Shown: one piece after another, positions 1-11,880 of the stretch | Layout: each line of letters opens with the position of its first letter | How positions within the stretch are numbered: the first letter of the stretch is position 1 | NCBI RefSeq assembly: GCF_006345805.1 | Contig: NW_021824840.1 | Location: forward strand, 20,240 to 84,239 | DNA from: Octopus sinensis | Lineage: Eukaryota | Direction: 5' to 3' | DNA: 64,000 nucleotides | Position numbers and translations under genes: made by a program | Notes under the pieces: model-generated | What the model saw: only the letters and a program-made list of their open reading frames with translations | Database searches by the model: none | Told to the model about the DNA's origin: nothing

Positions 1-149
1 AAGCAAAATAACACCAAATATATAGTGCGTGTGTTTTTATTGGCTAACTGGCAATATGACCATTCCTAAATATAACAATATCTGTTTCAACACACGACTT
101 CACATAAAAAATCTTGCACAAACAAAATATTAAACGTATATATATATAC

Positions 150-835
150 GTGAGCCATATAGTGACCACTCTTATATTTATTTTGTAAAAATATTATAAT
201 ATATTATAAAATATTATAATAATCCAGGTTTCTCGGAGCACTAGGCCACTTGGTGTTGAATAGATATACTATAAATTAGTATCTAATTCTCTCACCCTAT
301 TAATTAATTATAATTATGCTGAATTATTTCTAAATGCTGTATTTGTTTTCCGTGAAAGTTTGGCGCGCTGTTAGTGGGGCATTTGAATTATAACGTCGGA
401 TGTAATCAATTGAACCACACGCGTATTTATCGTTATGGTAAAATCTGGCGTGTGATTGAGTGGATTCATCCAGATAGTTTTGGCTGAGGAGCTACAAGTG
501 TGGATTTTTTTGTAATAAAATTACATTTAATTCATTAATAGCGAAACAATTGTCCCAAAATAATCTGTATTTTTGTTATTTTTTATTTGCCCTGTCCGTG
601 TGAGCTAACAATCGTACTGACTTTCATGGAAACATGTATTTTTGTGGTTGAAACCTTTTGGATTAACTGGTGCTAGAGTGAGCCATATAGTGACCACTCT
701 CTTATATTTATTTTGTAAAAATATTATAATATATTATAAAATATTATAATAATCCAGGTTTCTCGGAGCACTAGGCCACTTGGTGTTGAATAGATATACT
801 ATTAAATTAGTATCTAATTCTCTCACCCTTATTAA

Positions 836-843
<8 letters not shown>
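150..843. repeat. Direct duplication with 528-bp period (150-312 repeated at 678-843)
   Basis: Near-identical gtgagccatatagtgaccactc...ctctcaccc..attaattaattata at both positions; second copy runs into (TA)n. Confidence 0.85.
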
Positions 844-899
<56 letters not shown>

Positions 900-1203
900 A
901 TATACATATACATTATATAACATTATATAACATACGTTTAGCAAACATACATAGAACCTCGCTCTGTATATTAACTTTGTTGCTAAAATCACAGAGCTCT
1001 TTCTGCGCAATAGTTTGATGAATGGTTCGACTAGGTCCATAGGTCATCATCAGCTTCTCATGCGTATTCATTTCATCCAATCGACTGCAAGAAAGAAGGT
1101 GTAGCAACCACTGAAAAATGCAATGAACAACACCCACTACTTTTGCTTACTCTTCTCTCAGTATATTCGATAGTGTCGTAGATTTGTTAATTTCAGTACC
1201 GAG

Positions 1204-1713
1204 CAATGGCGGCTCATAGATATAATTAGTGGGGGTGCAGCTTCAGATAATTTTTAGCCGTTGTTTTAATATTGTGTAAAAGGAAACAAACATATAAAAA
1301 GAAAATTTATACATAAACTTGATCGGTCCGCGTTTTAGCACTGCTGGATAGTGTGTTAAATTTGCTCACTGAACTTTGCCGCGAATTCCCCATTGTTTTT
1401 CAAAAATCCCTCCTAAATCACAAAATAAGTGGGGGGAAATATGTCCTATTTTTCAAATCCTGGCAGCAACACTGAAGCTGGAAGCAGGATAACAATCTAA
1501 TTCCACACTTTATCAAACTGAAAAATATAAACACGATTTCAAGGACAACACACACAGAGTCAAAAAGAAACACTACCTTTCACCGGAACACCGGGGTTGG
1601 CACTGTCGCTCACGTAATGCTCTCTCTCTCTCTCTCTCTTTCTTCTCTCTCCTCTCTCGTCTCCTCTCCGCTCCTCCTCTCTCTCGCTCCTCTCTCATTC
1701 CTCTCTCTCCTCT

Positions 1714-1788
<75 letters not shown>

Positions 1789-2050
1789 CTCTCCCTAGAG
1801 TGAAGCTTCCTATCTCGGACATGTGAGCATGCGCCCAACAGCCAAATACCGTGTCGTTGGAACTGTGAAGCGCACAGTTCTATACAAGGATTTTTGTATT
1901 TTTTTCAGAAATTAGGGGATGGCTTCTGACATTAATCTTAAGGATGATATAAGGAAAAGGGACTCATTGTATTGAATGTTATCGATAATATCGAGTGGAA
2001 GAAATAGGGGGTGCCGCAGTTCCTCAGTGCCTATACACGAGCCGCCACTG
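1204..2050. mobile_element. hAT-type non-autonomous DNA transposon (MITE-like)
   Basis: Imperfect TIRs caatggcggctcat / acgagccgccactg; flanking 8-mers gtaccgag / gtaccggg (7/8) fit an 8-bp hAT TSD. Confidence 0.65.
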
Positions 2051-2415
2051 GTACCGGGACAATATATCTGTATAAATAAATTTGTATACATACGTTTAGC
2101 CTTACTGTAGGTGTATATATGTGTGCTTATGGAGAGAGAAGGAATGAGATAGTTTGCGTGTGTGCGTATATATATACATATATATATGTATGTATGTATA
2201 TTTCTATTTATGTATGTATATGTTTTGTGTGCGTATGTGCATGTGCGTATTTATGCATGCGCGTGTATGTATGTATGTACATGTGTTCGTGTGTTTACGT
2301 ACGGTTAACAGCGCTGTGCAGTACGCTTTTAATTAATCCGCCATACCAACATATAGAACTGATACGCGAATCAGTAAAACCAGCGCCGTTTGTTCAAAGC
2401 AAGTTTTATTAGTTA

Positions 2416-2787
2416 CTAGCAGTATCGCCCGGCGTTGCTCAGGTTTGTAAGGGAAATAACTATAAAGCATTTTTAGAGAGTTATAGCCAAAAACTGGAAA
2501 AAAAATGATGGTAAATTTTTTTTAGTTAAAAACGGTCGAGTTGCGTCCCCTAGACAGTCTGTGGTTTTGTGTTTCTGATTCTCGACCCCATGTCGAATTT
2601 ATCGATTTTTTTCAGAACTGGGGGAACTTTTCAAAATTTTCGCTGGGTTAGTTTTGAATTATGACATTGGGCTATGTGTGTGTCAAGTTTCATCAGAATC
2701 GGTTGAAAGCCGTGGTCAGGGTGAGGGTACAACCTGACAGACACACAGAAACACACACAGACAAACTGCCGTTTATATATAGAGAGA
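2416..2787 (-). mobile_element. Non-autonomous Helitron (chimeric 5'/3' ends)
   Basis: On minus strand: A|TCTCTCTATATATAAAC 5' end, subterminal hairpin cctgagcaacgccggg, CTAG|T 3' end, no TSD. 5' ~250 bp match 22337-22600; 3' end matches 26657-27051. Confidence 0.85.
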
Positions 2788-2884
2788 TAAACTCCACACA
2801 CACACACTTCCCTCCCTCCCCCTCTCTCCTTCTTTTTCACTCTCTGAGTCTCTTCCTCTTTCTTTCTGTCTCGACTGAATGACG

Positions 2885-2934
2885 CAAGCAGTCCTGATGA
2901 ACTTGTAACTTAAAGGTGAAATCAATCGAACTTG
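2885..2934 (+). ncRNA. Possible decayed hammerhead ribozyme motif
   Basis: CTGATGA-actt..aaggt-GAAA-tcaatc with weak stem I (caag/cttg); stems imperfect. Confidence 0.2.
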
Positions 2935-3103
2935 TTTTTTTTTTTTTATTCCTTTCTGAAGAGAAAGCTATCTCGTTTAATCGCGAAAACTATCTGCAAT
3001 TTTCGTCCGTTTTAGTTGATCATATTGTTCCCACCACCAATACTTATTTATGTCTGTTCATTATCCCAATCATTCTCTATTTATAGAAAGGTTATGTTAC
3101 ATT

Positions 3104-3500
3104 TGGCTGTGTGGTAAGTAGCTTGCTAACCAACCACATGGTTCCGGGTTCAGTCCCACTGCGTGGCATCTTGGGCAAGTGTCTTCTGCTATAGCCTCGG
3201 GCCGACCAATGCCTTGTGAGTGGATTTGGTAGACAGAAACTGAAAGAAGCCTGTCGTATATATGTATATATATATGTGTGTATGTATGTGTGTGTGTTTG
3301 TCCCCCTAGCATTGCTTGACAACCGATGCTGGTGTGTTTACGTCCCCGTCACTTAGCGGTTCGGCAAAAGAGACCGATAGAATAAGTACTGGGCTTACAA
3401 AGAATAAGTCCCGGGGTCGATTTGCTCGACTAAAGGCGGTGCTCCAGCATGGCCGCAGTCAAATGACTGAAACAAGTAAAAGAGTAAAGAGTAAAGAGTA
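3104..3500 (+). mobile_element. tRNA-derived SINE, family A (near full length)
   Basis: A-box-like tggctgtgtgg, B-box-like ggttcagtccc, CORE-like cttgggcaagtg, internal (TA/TG)n, (aagagta)n tail; many copies in window. Confidence 0.9.
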
Positions 3501-3639
3501 ACTAAACACACTGGTTTTTTCCGGAAAACACACACACACACACACTAAGTCGCCAATTTTGAGGGGAGGGATCAGTCTATACCATCGGCCTAGACTTTAT
3601 TGGGGCTTTATTGGTCGGTTTTGAACTCAGAACATAGTG

Positions 3640-4320
3640 TAGCGTAACTAATTTCCGCAAAGTATTTTGTTCGACGCTCCAAAGAGTCTACCTATACACT
3701 GCCATTTTAATAGTTGTTTCTAAAATTGGTTTCAAATTTTGGCGCAAGGCCAGCAATTTGGGGGCAGGGGCTAAGTCTATTAAATCGACCCCAGTGCTCA
3801 AATGGTACTTATATTATCGAGCCTGAAAGAATGAAAGGCAAAGTCGACCCCGGCGGTATTTAAACTCAGAACGCAAAGTCGGAAGAAATGCAGCTAAGCA
3901 TCTAGTCCGACGTGGAAATGATTCTGCCAGCTCGCTACCTTAGTTCTATCTAACAAAGCCTGAAATTTTGAAGAGGGTGAGAGTGGGGTACTTTTGCCGA
4001 CAGTATTACTTTGTTATCAACTCCGAGAGGATGAAAAGCAAAGTTGACCTAGACGGGATTTGAACTCAGGACATAGACAGTCGCTAAGAATTTTGTCCGA
4101 GTCTTTAACGATTCAGCTTTTCTATCGCCTTTATATTCTAAACTTGGACCCAAGGCCATCAGTTTTTAGAAGATGGAATTAGTCAATACCATCAATCCCT
4201 TTATTTTATCGGACTTGGAAGGATGAAAGGCAAGTGACCTGGGCGAGATATGAACTCAGACCTTAAAGAAGCGTAACAAATCGTTCAAGATACTTTGTCC
4301 TAGGCTCGAACGATTCTAAC
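3640..4320 (-). mobile_element. Cluster of decayed family C SINEs
   Basis: Repeated gatgaaaggcaaagtcgacc...ttgaactcag motifs near 3830, 4030 and 4220. Confidence 0.65.
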
Positions 4321-4328
4321 AATATTTG

Positions 4329-4650
4329 GCACTCCGTCGGTTACGACGACGTAGGTTCCAGTTGATCCAATCAAAGGAACACCCAGCTCGTGAAATTAAC
4401 GTGCAAGTGGCTGAGCACTCCACAGTCACGTGAACCTCTAACGTAGTTCTCACGGAGATTCAGCGTGGCACAGAATGTGGCAAAGCTGGCCTTTTCAAAT
4501 ACAAGTACTTCTTATTTTAGCCAGCTGAGTGGAGTGGAGCAACGTTAAATGAAGTGCCTTGCTCAAGGACACAACGCGTCACCGAGAACTGCACTCACGA
4601 CCATACAATCGTGAGTCGAATACCCTAACCACTAAACTACGCGCCTTCAC
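4329..4650 (-). mobile_element. Older SINE with CORE-like body and family-B 3' tail
   Basis: Minus strand has tRNA-like head, gtgtccttgagcaaggcacttc (CORE-like), then diverged family B tail ending ...gtaaccgacggagtgc. Confidence 0.7.
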
Positions 4651-4753
4651 TCTAACAATAATATCATTTTTTTTATTATAGTTGCTACATGAGTGACAGA
4701 TTAGAGAACATGGTAGGGACAAGGTAGAACATGGTGGAGAACATGGTAGGAAA

Positions 4754-4985
4754 GGCGGCGAGCTGGCAGAAACGTTAGCGTGCCGGGCGAAATGCTTTGC
4801 GGTATTTCGTCTGGCGCAACGTTGTGAGTTCAAATTCCGCTGAGGTCGACTTTGCCTTTCAGCCTTTCGGGGTCGATAAATTAAGTACCATTTACGCACT
4901 GGGGTCGATGTAATCGACTTAATACCTATGTCTGTCCTTGTTTGTCCCCTCTATGTTTAGCCCCTTGTGGGTAATAAAGAAATAG
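4754..4985 (+). mobile_element. tRNA-derived SINE, family C (full length)
   Basis: ggcggcgagctggcagaaacgttagc head, gagttcaaattcc B box, gcctttc..cctttcggggtcgataaattaagtacc body, gtaataaagaaata tail. Confidence 0.9.
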
Positions 4986-6056
4986 GTAGGGACAAGTTTA
5001 CACAAAGCATGACGGTTTTCATTCAAATCGAATAAAATGATATGAATAGTAACACAGGAGGACCGCCACCTAGGGGAAATAAGGGGAAATAACCAATCAA
5101 GGGGAAATAATCTCTAACATGGACACAAGGTTACACATTATGTGAGAAGCGCTACAGTTGTTTAAATTGAAAAATATTACTTCACTGGTACCGACTGATG
5201 AATGTGAAAGGCAAAGTTGACATTGATGGGTTTGAGCTCAGATCAAACAATATTACAACCGCCTCTTTAGTAAAAGTGAAAGCAGCAGCGTTAACAACAG
5301 GAACATTAATATTAATAGTATTTAATACTAATAATAACAGGAAAAATAATTGCAATTAATTATCCGTTACGTCACTAGACCTCCCCTTCTCCTATAGAAC
5401 ATCAAACTTGTCTCCCGCCCCACTCCGACCATTTCTGTCCCCTACTCAATGCCGCCATTCAGTCTAAAGGGTCAGTTTGTGAACTGATCCACTTTGGTAT
5501 TTATCAATGAACTGCTTTGTTTTCCCATCTGAATATGGTTATTGCACGAGGGGTACTGAGGGCAAAATACGGGAAGAAGTAACAGGAGGAAGGAGAGCTG
5601 AAGACAGGCAGGTAGGCAGGTAAGTAGTAATAGTAGTAGTAGTAGTAGTAGTAGTAGCAGCAGCAGCAGCAGTAGTAGTAGTAGTCTCGCATACACATAC
5701 ACATAGACACTCTAAAATTAGGTTAGCGGAAGTTAAAAAATAGTTCACTGAAAAACCCTGTTAGAACAACAATTAATAAATATGTAATTAGTACATCACT
5801 GTCTGTCTTCAAAAAATTATATTTCAACTATTTCGTTAGTTTATTGTAAACAGAGGTATATATGAGAGTGTAGTTACTGCAGTGCAGAATTAGCGGTCCG
5901 GTTTCGATTCGAGATTAAATTTGTTTTGATTTTTTTTTCTTTCTTTTTTTTTACTTTTATTATTAAATCCTTTGTAAATGAAATAAGCATCTCTGAATCA
6001 ATGAATTCCGGGACTTCTATTTCCCTGGAGCATTCTTTTCATTCAGAAGATAAATT

Positions 6057-6420
6057 TGCTTCCCAACCATATGGATGCATTCCCATTGCGTGGCACCTTG
6101 GGCAAGTGTCTTCTATCTTGTATTCCAATTCTATGTGGTGGATGGATAGAAACTAAAAGAAGCCCGTCGTATACTTATGTATGTATATATCTATGTATGT
6201 GTGTCTTTGTGTTTGTCCCCCATACATACAACACCAAGCCCTTGAGAGCAGCTGTTTATTTGCTCATGTTCCCGTAACTTAGCGGTTTGGCAAAAGAGAC
6301 CGATAGAACAAGTACTAGGCTTTAAAAAAATAACTACTGAGTCGAATTGTTCGACTAAACCCTTCAAGGCAATAGCCAGCATAACTGCAGTCCAATGGTT
6401 AAAACTACTAAAAGAAGGTA
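6057..6420 (+). mobile_element. Decayed family A SINE
   Basis: gcgtggcaccttgggcaagtgtcttc ... cttagcggtttggcaaaagagaccgatag. Confidence 0.75.
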
Positions 6421-6629
6421 ATAGAAGTATGTGGCTTCTACTTATGGTCATCGCCCTAAAAGCAAGATGTCTTCGCTTTGTTTTTTGGGAAAATACCAAG
6501 GAAAACTTCCGTCTTCCAATGGATCTCAGGGCAGTCAGATATACCACATAGAAGGAAATCCAGACCGGTATATACACTTATCCTTCTGTATAACTAATAT
6601 TTATTATTTTTCGTGATATATTGGTATAT

Positions 6630-6880
6630 TTACGGAGATCTACTCGCATAGCAAGTGATTTGATCTGACTGCCCTTGTGGCAAATTAAATAAAATTAAGT
6701 GATTTTATCTGAGATCGTGTGCTGGAACGAAAACAATTGCAGCGTGGAAGGTGTTTGTAAGCCATTTAAGAAACACACAAAAGCCGTTCGATTCACTTCA
6801 ACATTTAAGTTTAATTTGTCAAAATATTTTCGTCGCTAAAATCCGCGACATGTTCACTGACAAAAATCCGTGCTGCATCT
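6630..6880 (-). repeat. Interspersed repeat carrying hammerhead motif (probably Penelope-like derived); homologous to 40395-40710
   Basis: Sequence match to both arms of the fold-back at 40395-40710. Confidence 0.75.
6815..6864 (-). ncRNA. Minimal type I hammerhead ribozyme with G3-C8 covariant core
   Basis: Minus strand: tttgtca|GTGAACA|t|gtcgc-ggatttta-gcgac|GAAA|atattt|tgacaaa. Perfect 7-bp stem I, 5-bp stem II with G10.1-C11.1, short palindromic stem III. Confidence 0.6.
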
Positions 6881-7479
6881 GAGAAAGTAACAGTTAGTTC
6901 GTCATATTTGTTATAGCTAAACTGTGGTTACTGTGACATACTACAGACATGTTGTGTTATAGATGGCTATCATAGAAACAAATAACTAGAATAGAAGCAG
7001 TCATAGTACAGCTGTAAATAAATTTGTAAGAACTGTTCTGTAATCGAATTACTAGAGATAGCTAGACAGTATATGGTTTATATATGCATGTATGTATTGA
7101 GAGGGAAGGAGAAGAAGAAAGAGGCGGATATGTACATCACACACGTATGCATATACTCATACACACATGCATATCACGCATACACACACACACACAGACA
7201 CACACACACACACAGACACACACATGCACATATATACAAGCAAAAATGCATTCTTATATTTACAGATACTCGGATAGAGAGACAGAGAGGGGCAGACAAG
7301 CAAGCAGACAGACGGACAGACGGAATGACAGACAGACAGAATTGGATGAAAACTCCTGATCATGAACTATATTTATGTGTGTATGTAAGTATAGATAGAT
7401 GAGTAAATGTGGACAGATAGGTAGATTGGTTGGCAGGTAAGTAGGTGGGTAGATAGGCTGATATAGGTATGAAGGCAGA

Positions 7480-7500
7480 TAGACAGACAGACAGAGAAAC

Positions 7501-7557
<57 letters not shown>

Positions 7558-7614
7558 CATACATACATACATACATACATACATACATACATACATAGAT
7601 ATAGATAGATAGAT

Positions 7615-7691
<77 letters not shown>

Positions 7692-7825
7692 CAGACTCAT
7701 ATACATATTTATACATACATGTGTGTGTGTGTGTGGATGACAGGCGACTCACTATAAATTAAGTAGCCAATGCCATATCCTGTGAGAAGTTGAGAATATT
7801 TTTCACAATGAACTTGTATATATAT

Positions 7826-7891
<66 letters not shown>

Positions 7892-7908
7892 GTATGTATG
7901 TATGTATG

Positions 7909-7953
<45 letters not shown>

Positions 7954-7956
7954 CTG

Positions 7957-8002
<46 letters not shown>

Positions 8003-8045
8003 TATATAATTATATACATACATATATATATATATACGCATATCC
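7480..8045. repeat. (GATA)n/(CATA)n and (TA)n microsatellites
   Basis: Direct reading; source of the YLSI/YIYI pseudo-ORFs. Confidence 0.95.
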
Positions 8046-8137
8046 ATATACATCTAATATATAATAAAACAGAAGATTGTGTGTGTGTGTGTGTTTTACA
8101 AGCCTTTTTCTTGATCCCCTTTAAAATCAATATTTTT

Positions 8138-9313
8138 CATCTGATCTCGTTCACGCCGGGAACATACATCACTTATGTTCCAGGGATGGTCATAAACTCT
8201 TCAAATTTTCCACATAATGAGTAATGCCACCCCTAGGGGACGAAAACACTTTCTTATAGGTAGATAAAAAATACCAACGATCGTTGCTTCAAGGGACATT
8301 ACTCTTGATTACGTAGTTATGCTCCATTCACTTCGATTTCTACTACAGTTTTTACCATGCCCATACACTGTAAACCGCCGATATTTGCATATTAGCACTT
8401 CCTTGAAGTAGCCATGCAATTTAAATCAACTTTTAATTATTTTTAGATGCTTTCAGAAATTAATCCATATTATATATATTCTCTGCTTTTACTAATGCAA
8501 AGTTATGACAGCTATACAGCTTTTACAATGCCCATTCATTGCAAACTGCCAATATTTGCACGTTAGTACAGGGTTATTCTTGCACCTACAAATTCAGCTA
8601 TTATCACTCTTAACTACTCAGTAAACTGCCTTCTCAAGAACGTTGTTACAGATCAGTTGATACTGTTACCGACTTCGATCAGGTTACACGCTTTCCAACA
8701 GAATTTCTCAACACCCAACATCTTCCAGAACTCCCACCCCATGAACCTTAAAAGTCGGTTGCCCTATCATCTTCCTACCCAATCTAAACGCACCCACACT
8801 ATGCAATGGAACTCGCCTTGAGGTCAAACAAGTGATGGACCACATCTCTGAAGCCCAAATTATCACGGGACACGGCAAAAACGATACCGTTTTTATACCG
8901 AAAATTTCCGCTAACCCCAACAGACTGCCCCTACCGTATGCAGAGGCTTCAGTTACCTCTCAAACTCAGCTTTGCCATGACAATTAACAAAGCACAAGGT
9001 TAATCGCTGACCGAAGGTTAATCGAATGTCATGCTTTTCACATGGAAATTCTACCTCGATTGTTCCAGAGTTGGCCATCCGGACAACTTATTCATCTATG
9101 CTCCTGAAGGAAAAACCAAAAATGTCGTCTACAAAGCAGCCCTACAGTAGTTACTCCTCTACTGCAATCTTCACATCTGATCTCGTTCACGCTGGGAACA
9201 TACATCACTTATGTTCCATAGATAGTCATAAACTCTTCAAATTTTCCACATAATGAGTAATGCCACCCCTAGGGAACGAAAACACTTTCTCATAGGTAGA
9301 TAAAAAATACCAA
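8138..9313 (+). repeat. 140-bp direct repeat pair (8138-8277, 9174-9313) bracketing the Helitron helicase fragment
   Basis: catctgatctcgttcacgc..cccctaggg..gtagataaaaaataccaa at both sites, about 95% identical by eye. Confidence 0.85.
8570..9150 (+). pseudogene. Helitron RepHel PIF1-like helicase C-terminal fragment (frameshifted)
   Basis: Manual translation: SVDTVTDFDQVTRFPTEFLN..LPPHE / LKVGCPIIFLPNLNAPTLCNGTRLEVKQ..ITGHGKNDTVFIPKI / LKLSFAMTINKAQG* / CFSHG / CSRVGHPDNLFIYAPEGKTKNVVYKAALQ*. Confidence 0.9.
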
Positions 9314-9700
9314 ACTGTAGCCGTTAGCAATCATACTTCCTACAAGCATTTCATTGGCATTTTGCTTCATACTTCACCCTTCTTACTTCACGCATGCTGT
9401 TCGCTCATAAGCGTGCTCTGACATTTATTTTTGTACATGCCATTATTCTATTTGTGTGTGTGCCATAAATGTTTGCTTTTGTTTATCATACAATGGCTTT
9501 CATTAGAAAACGTTTCAATGCTGTTGTGTCAGGCATTACGAGTAAAATAACTACATGCTACAAAACGCTTCGGGTAAGATATAGGATCCCAAATGCCTGC
9601 TGCAATTGTAATCCCATTTCCTGGACTTTCACTTATTACTAACTGCCAAATTTGTGTTCAGAAAACTTTATTCATGACCTAGGTTGCTTAATACAGTATA

Positions 9701-10087
9701 GTGGAGGCGCAATGGCCCAGTGGTTAGGGCAGCGGACTCGCGGTCGTAGGATCGCGGTTTCGATTCCCAGACCGGGCGTTGTGAGTGTTTATTGAGCGAA
9801 AACACCTAAAGCTCCACGACGCTCCGGCAGGGATGGTGGTGATCCCTGCTGTACTCTTTCACCACAACTTTCTCTCACTCTTACTTCCTGTTTCTGTTGT
9901 ACCTGTATTTCAAAGGGCCGGCCTTGTCACTCTCTGTGTCACGCTGAATATCCCCGAGAACAACGCTAAGGGTACACGTGTCTGTGGAGTGCTCAGTCAC
10001 TTACACATTAATTTCACGAGCAGGCTGTTCCGTTGATTCGGATCAACCGGAACCCTCATCGTCGTAACCGACGGAGTGCTTCCACCC
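9701..10087 (+). mobile_element. tRNA-derived SINE, family B, full length with 11-bp TSD
   Basis: A box tggcccagtgg, B box gtttcgattcc; TSD aatacagtata at 9690-9700 and 10088-10098. Confidence 0.95.
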
Positions 10088-10556
10088 AATACAGTATAAT
10101 AAACTGATAACGAAATTGGTAATTATACAATTTATGTTTATCAACATGAAACGACTTCTAACTGCGGGCTAATTCAACTTAAAATGTCTAAAGGTGTGCG
10201 TCATTGTAATAAATTACACCGTCCAGTTTCCGTCTACCAAATCCACTCACAAGGTTTTAGCTTTGATCGGCTCAAGGTTATATAGCAGAGGAAACTTGCC
10301 CACGTTGCCACACAGAGGAACTGAACCCAGAACCACGTGGTCGGGGAGCAAAGTTCGAAACTTTACGAAACTTTTCATTTCAATGTATGTATTATGTACG
10401 TACATACGTGTGTGTGTGTGTGTGTGTGTGCGCGTGTGTGTGTGTGTAGATACATGTTTGTATCTACGTATTTGTGTATGCATGTATATATATATATATA
10501 TAGTTAATCCAAACATGAAAGCACAAAAAAACACAACAACGTGAGAACGTGAACAA

Positions 10557-10591
<35 letters not shown>

Positions 10592-10592
<1 letters not shown>

Positions 10593-10779
10593 GTTGCTTA
10601 GTTTTTCTTGAAGGGCTGGCCGTGATCTAGTAATCTCAAGATTAATCAGCCGAAATTACTACGATGATCCGGTTCTTGACTGAAGACTGAGGGTTTCGAA
10701 TGTCCTGTCCGTGTTTATTGTATCGTCTTCTAAGAGTTATACGTTCTTGTCCATGTTGTATTTTTCTACATACCTTAAC

Positions 10780-10829
<50 letters not shown>

Positions 10830-11069
10830 ATTATATATATATATAATATATATATATAATAATATATATATATATATATATATATGTTGCTTAGTTTTTC
10901 TTGGAGGGCTGGCCGTGATCTAGTAATCTCAAGATTAATCAGCCGAAATTACTACGATGATCCGGTTCTTGACTGAAGACTGAGGGTTTCGAATGTCCTG
11001 TCCGTGTTTATTGTATCGTCTTCTAAGAGTTATACGTTCTTGTCCATGTTGTATTTTTCTACATACCTT

Positions 11070-11072
<3 letters not shown>
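10592..11072. repeat. Tandem duplication of a 188-bp unique segment separated by (TA)n
   Basis: 10592-10779 is nearly identical to 10885-11072. Confidence 0.9.
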
Positions 11073-11149
<77 letters not shown>

Positions 11150-11261
11150 GTACGTACGGCCAGTGCCGTTTAAAGAGAGTGTTAGCCATGAATATTTCTA
11201 GAGAGCCCGTCACTATTTTAACAAATACTAGATTACATGATTCTATATTATACGTCGCAGG

Positions 11262-11880
11262 AAGGTGGCGAGCTGGCAAAGTCGTTAGCACGCTGGGCAA
11301 AATGTTTAGCTGTATTTCGTCCGTCTTTATGTTCTGAGTTCAAATCCCACCGAGATCGACTTTGCCTTTCATCCCTTCCGAAATCGATAAGTACCGACAG
11401 GCGTGATCCCAGGAATTTTTCGAAGGAAGGGCACAAGTTCAGAAGGATTGCAATCCCAGAAGAAAAGGGCGTATTAACATTATTTAGAATAGTGCACTTC
11501 TTTTCTTGAGTGGGGGGTGACACGTGCCCCTTAGCCCTCCTCCCACTTTGGGTCTGATCTTGGTCGATCTAATCGATTTAGCCCCTCACCTGAAAATTAC
11601 TGACCATACCTGTGCCAAAATTTGAAGCCATTATTACAATGTTTATGAAGGCGGCGAGCTGGCAAAATTGTTAGCATGCCAGGCAAAATGCTTTGCAGCA
11701 TTTCGCCCGTCTTTACGTTCCGAGTTCAAATTCCACCGTGGTCAACTATGCGTCGCATCTCTTTCGAGAGTCGATAAAATAAGTACCCGTTGATCATCAC
11801 TGGAGATCGATGTAGTCGATTTTACCCCCACCCTTCCCACCTACCTCCGAAATTACTGGCGTTCTGCCAAACTTTGAAAC
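11262..11880 (+). mobile_element. Two decayed family C SINEs, the first interrupted by a ~165-bp insert (11398-11562)
   Basis: Heads ggtggcgagctggc at 11264 and ggcggcgagctggc at 11650; body resumes gtcgatctaatcg after the insert. Confidence 0.7.

Noticed and set aside
960-1005. Minus-strand CTGATGA-t-gac..gtc-GAAC hammerhead-like string
   Set aside because: GAAA broken, and no complementary stem I or stem III can be drawn.
9701-9780. tRNA-like sequence at SINE heads
   Set aside because: A and B boxes are present but there is no proper acceptor stem or cloverleaf; continuous with SINE bodies, so not tRNA genes.
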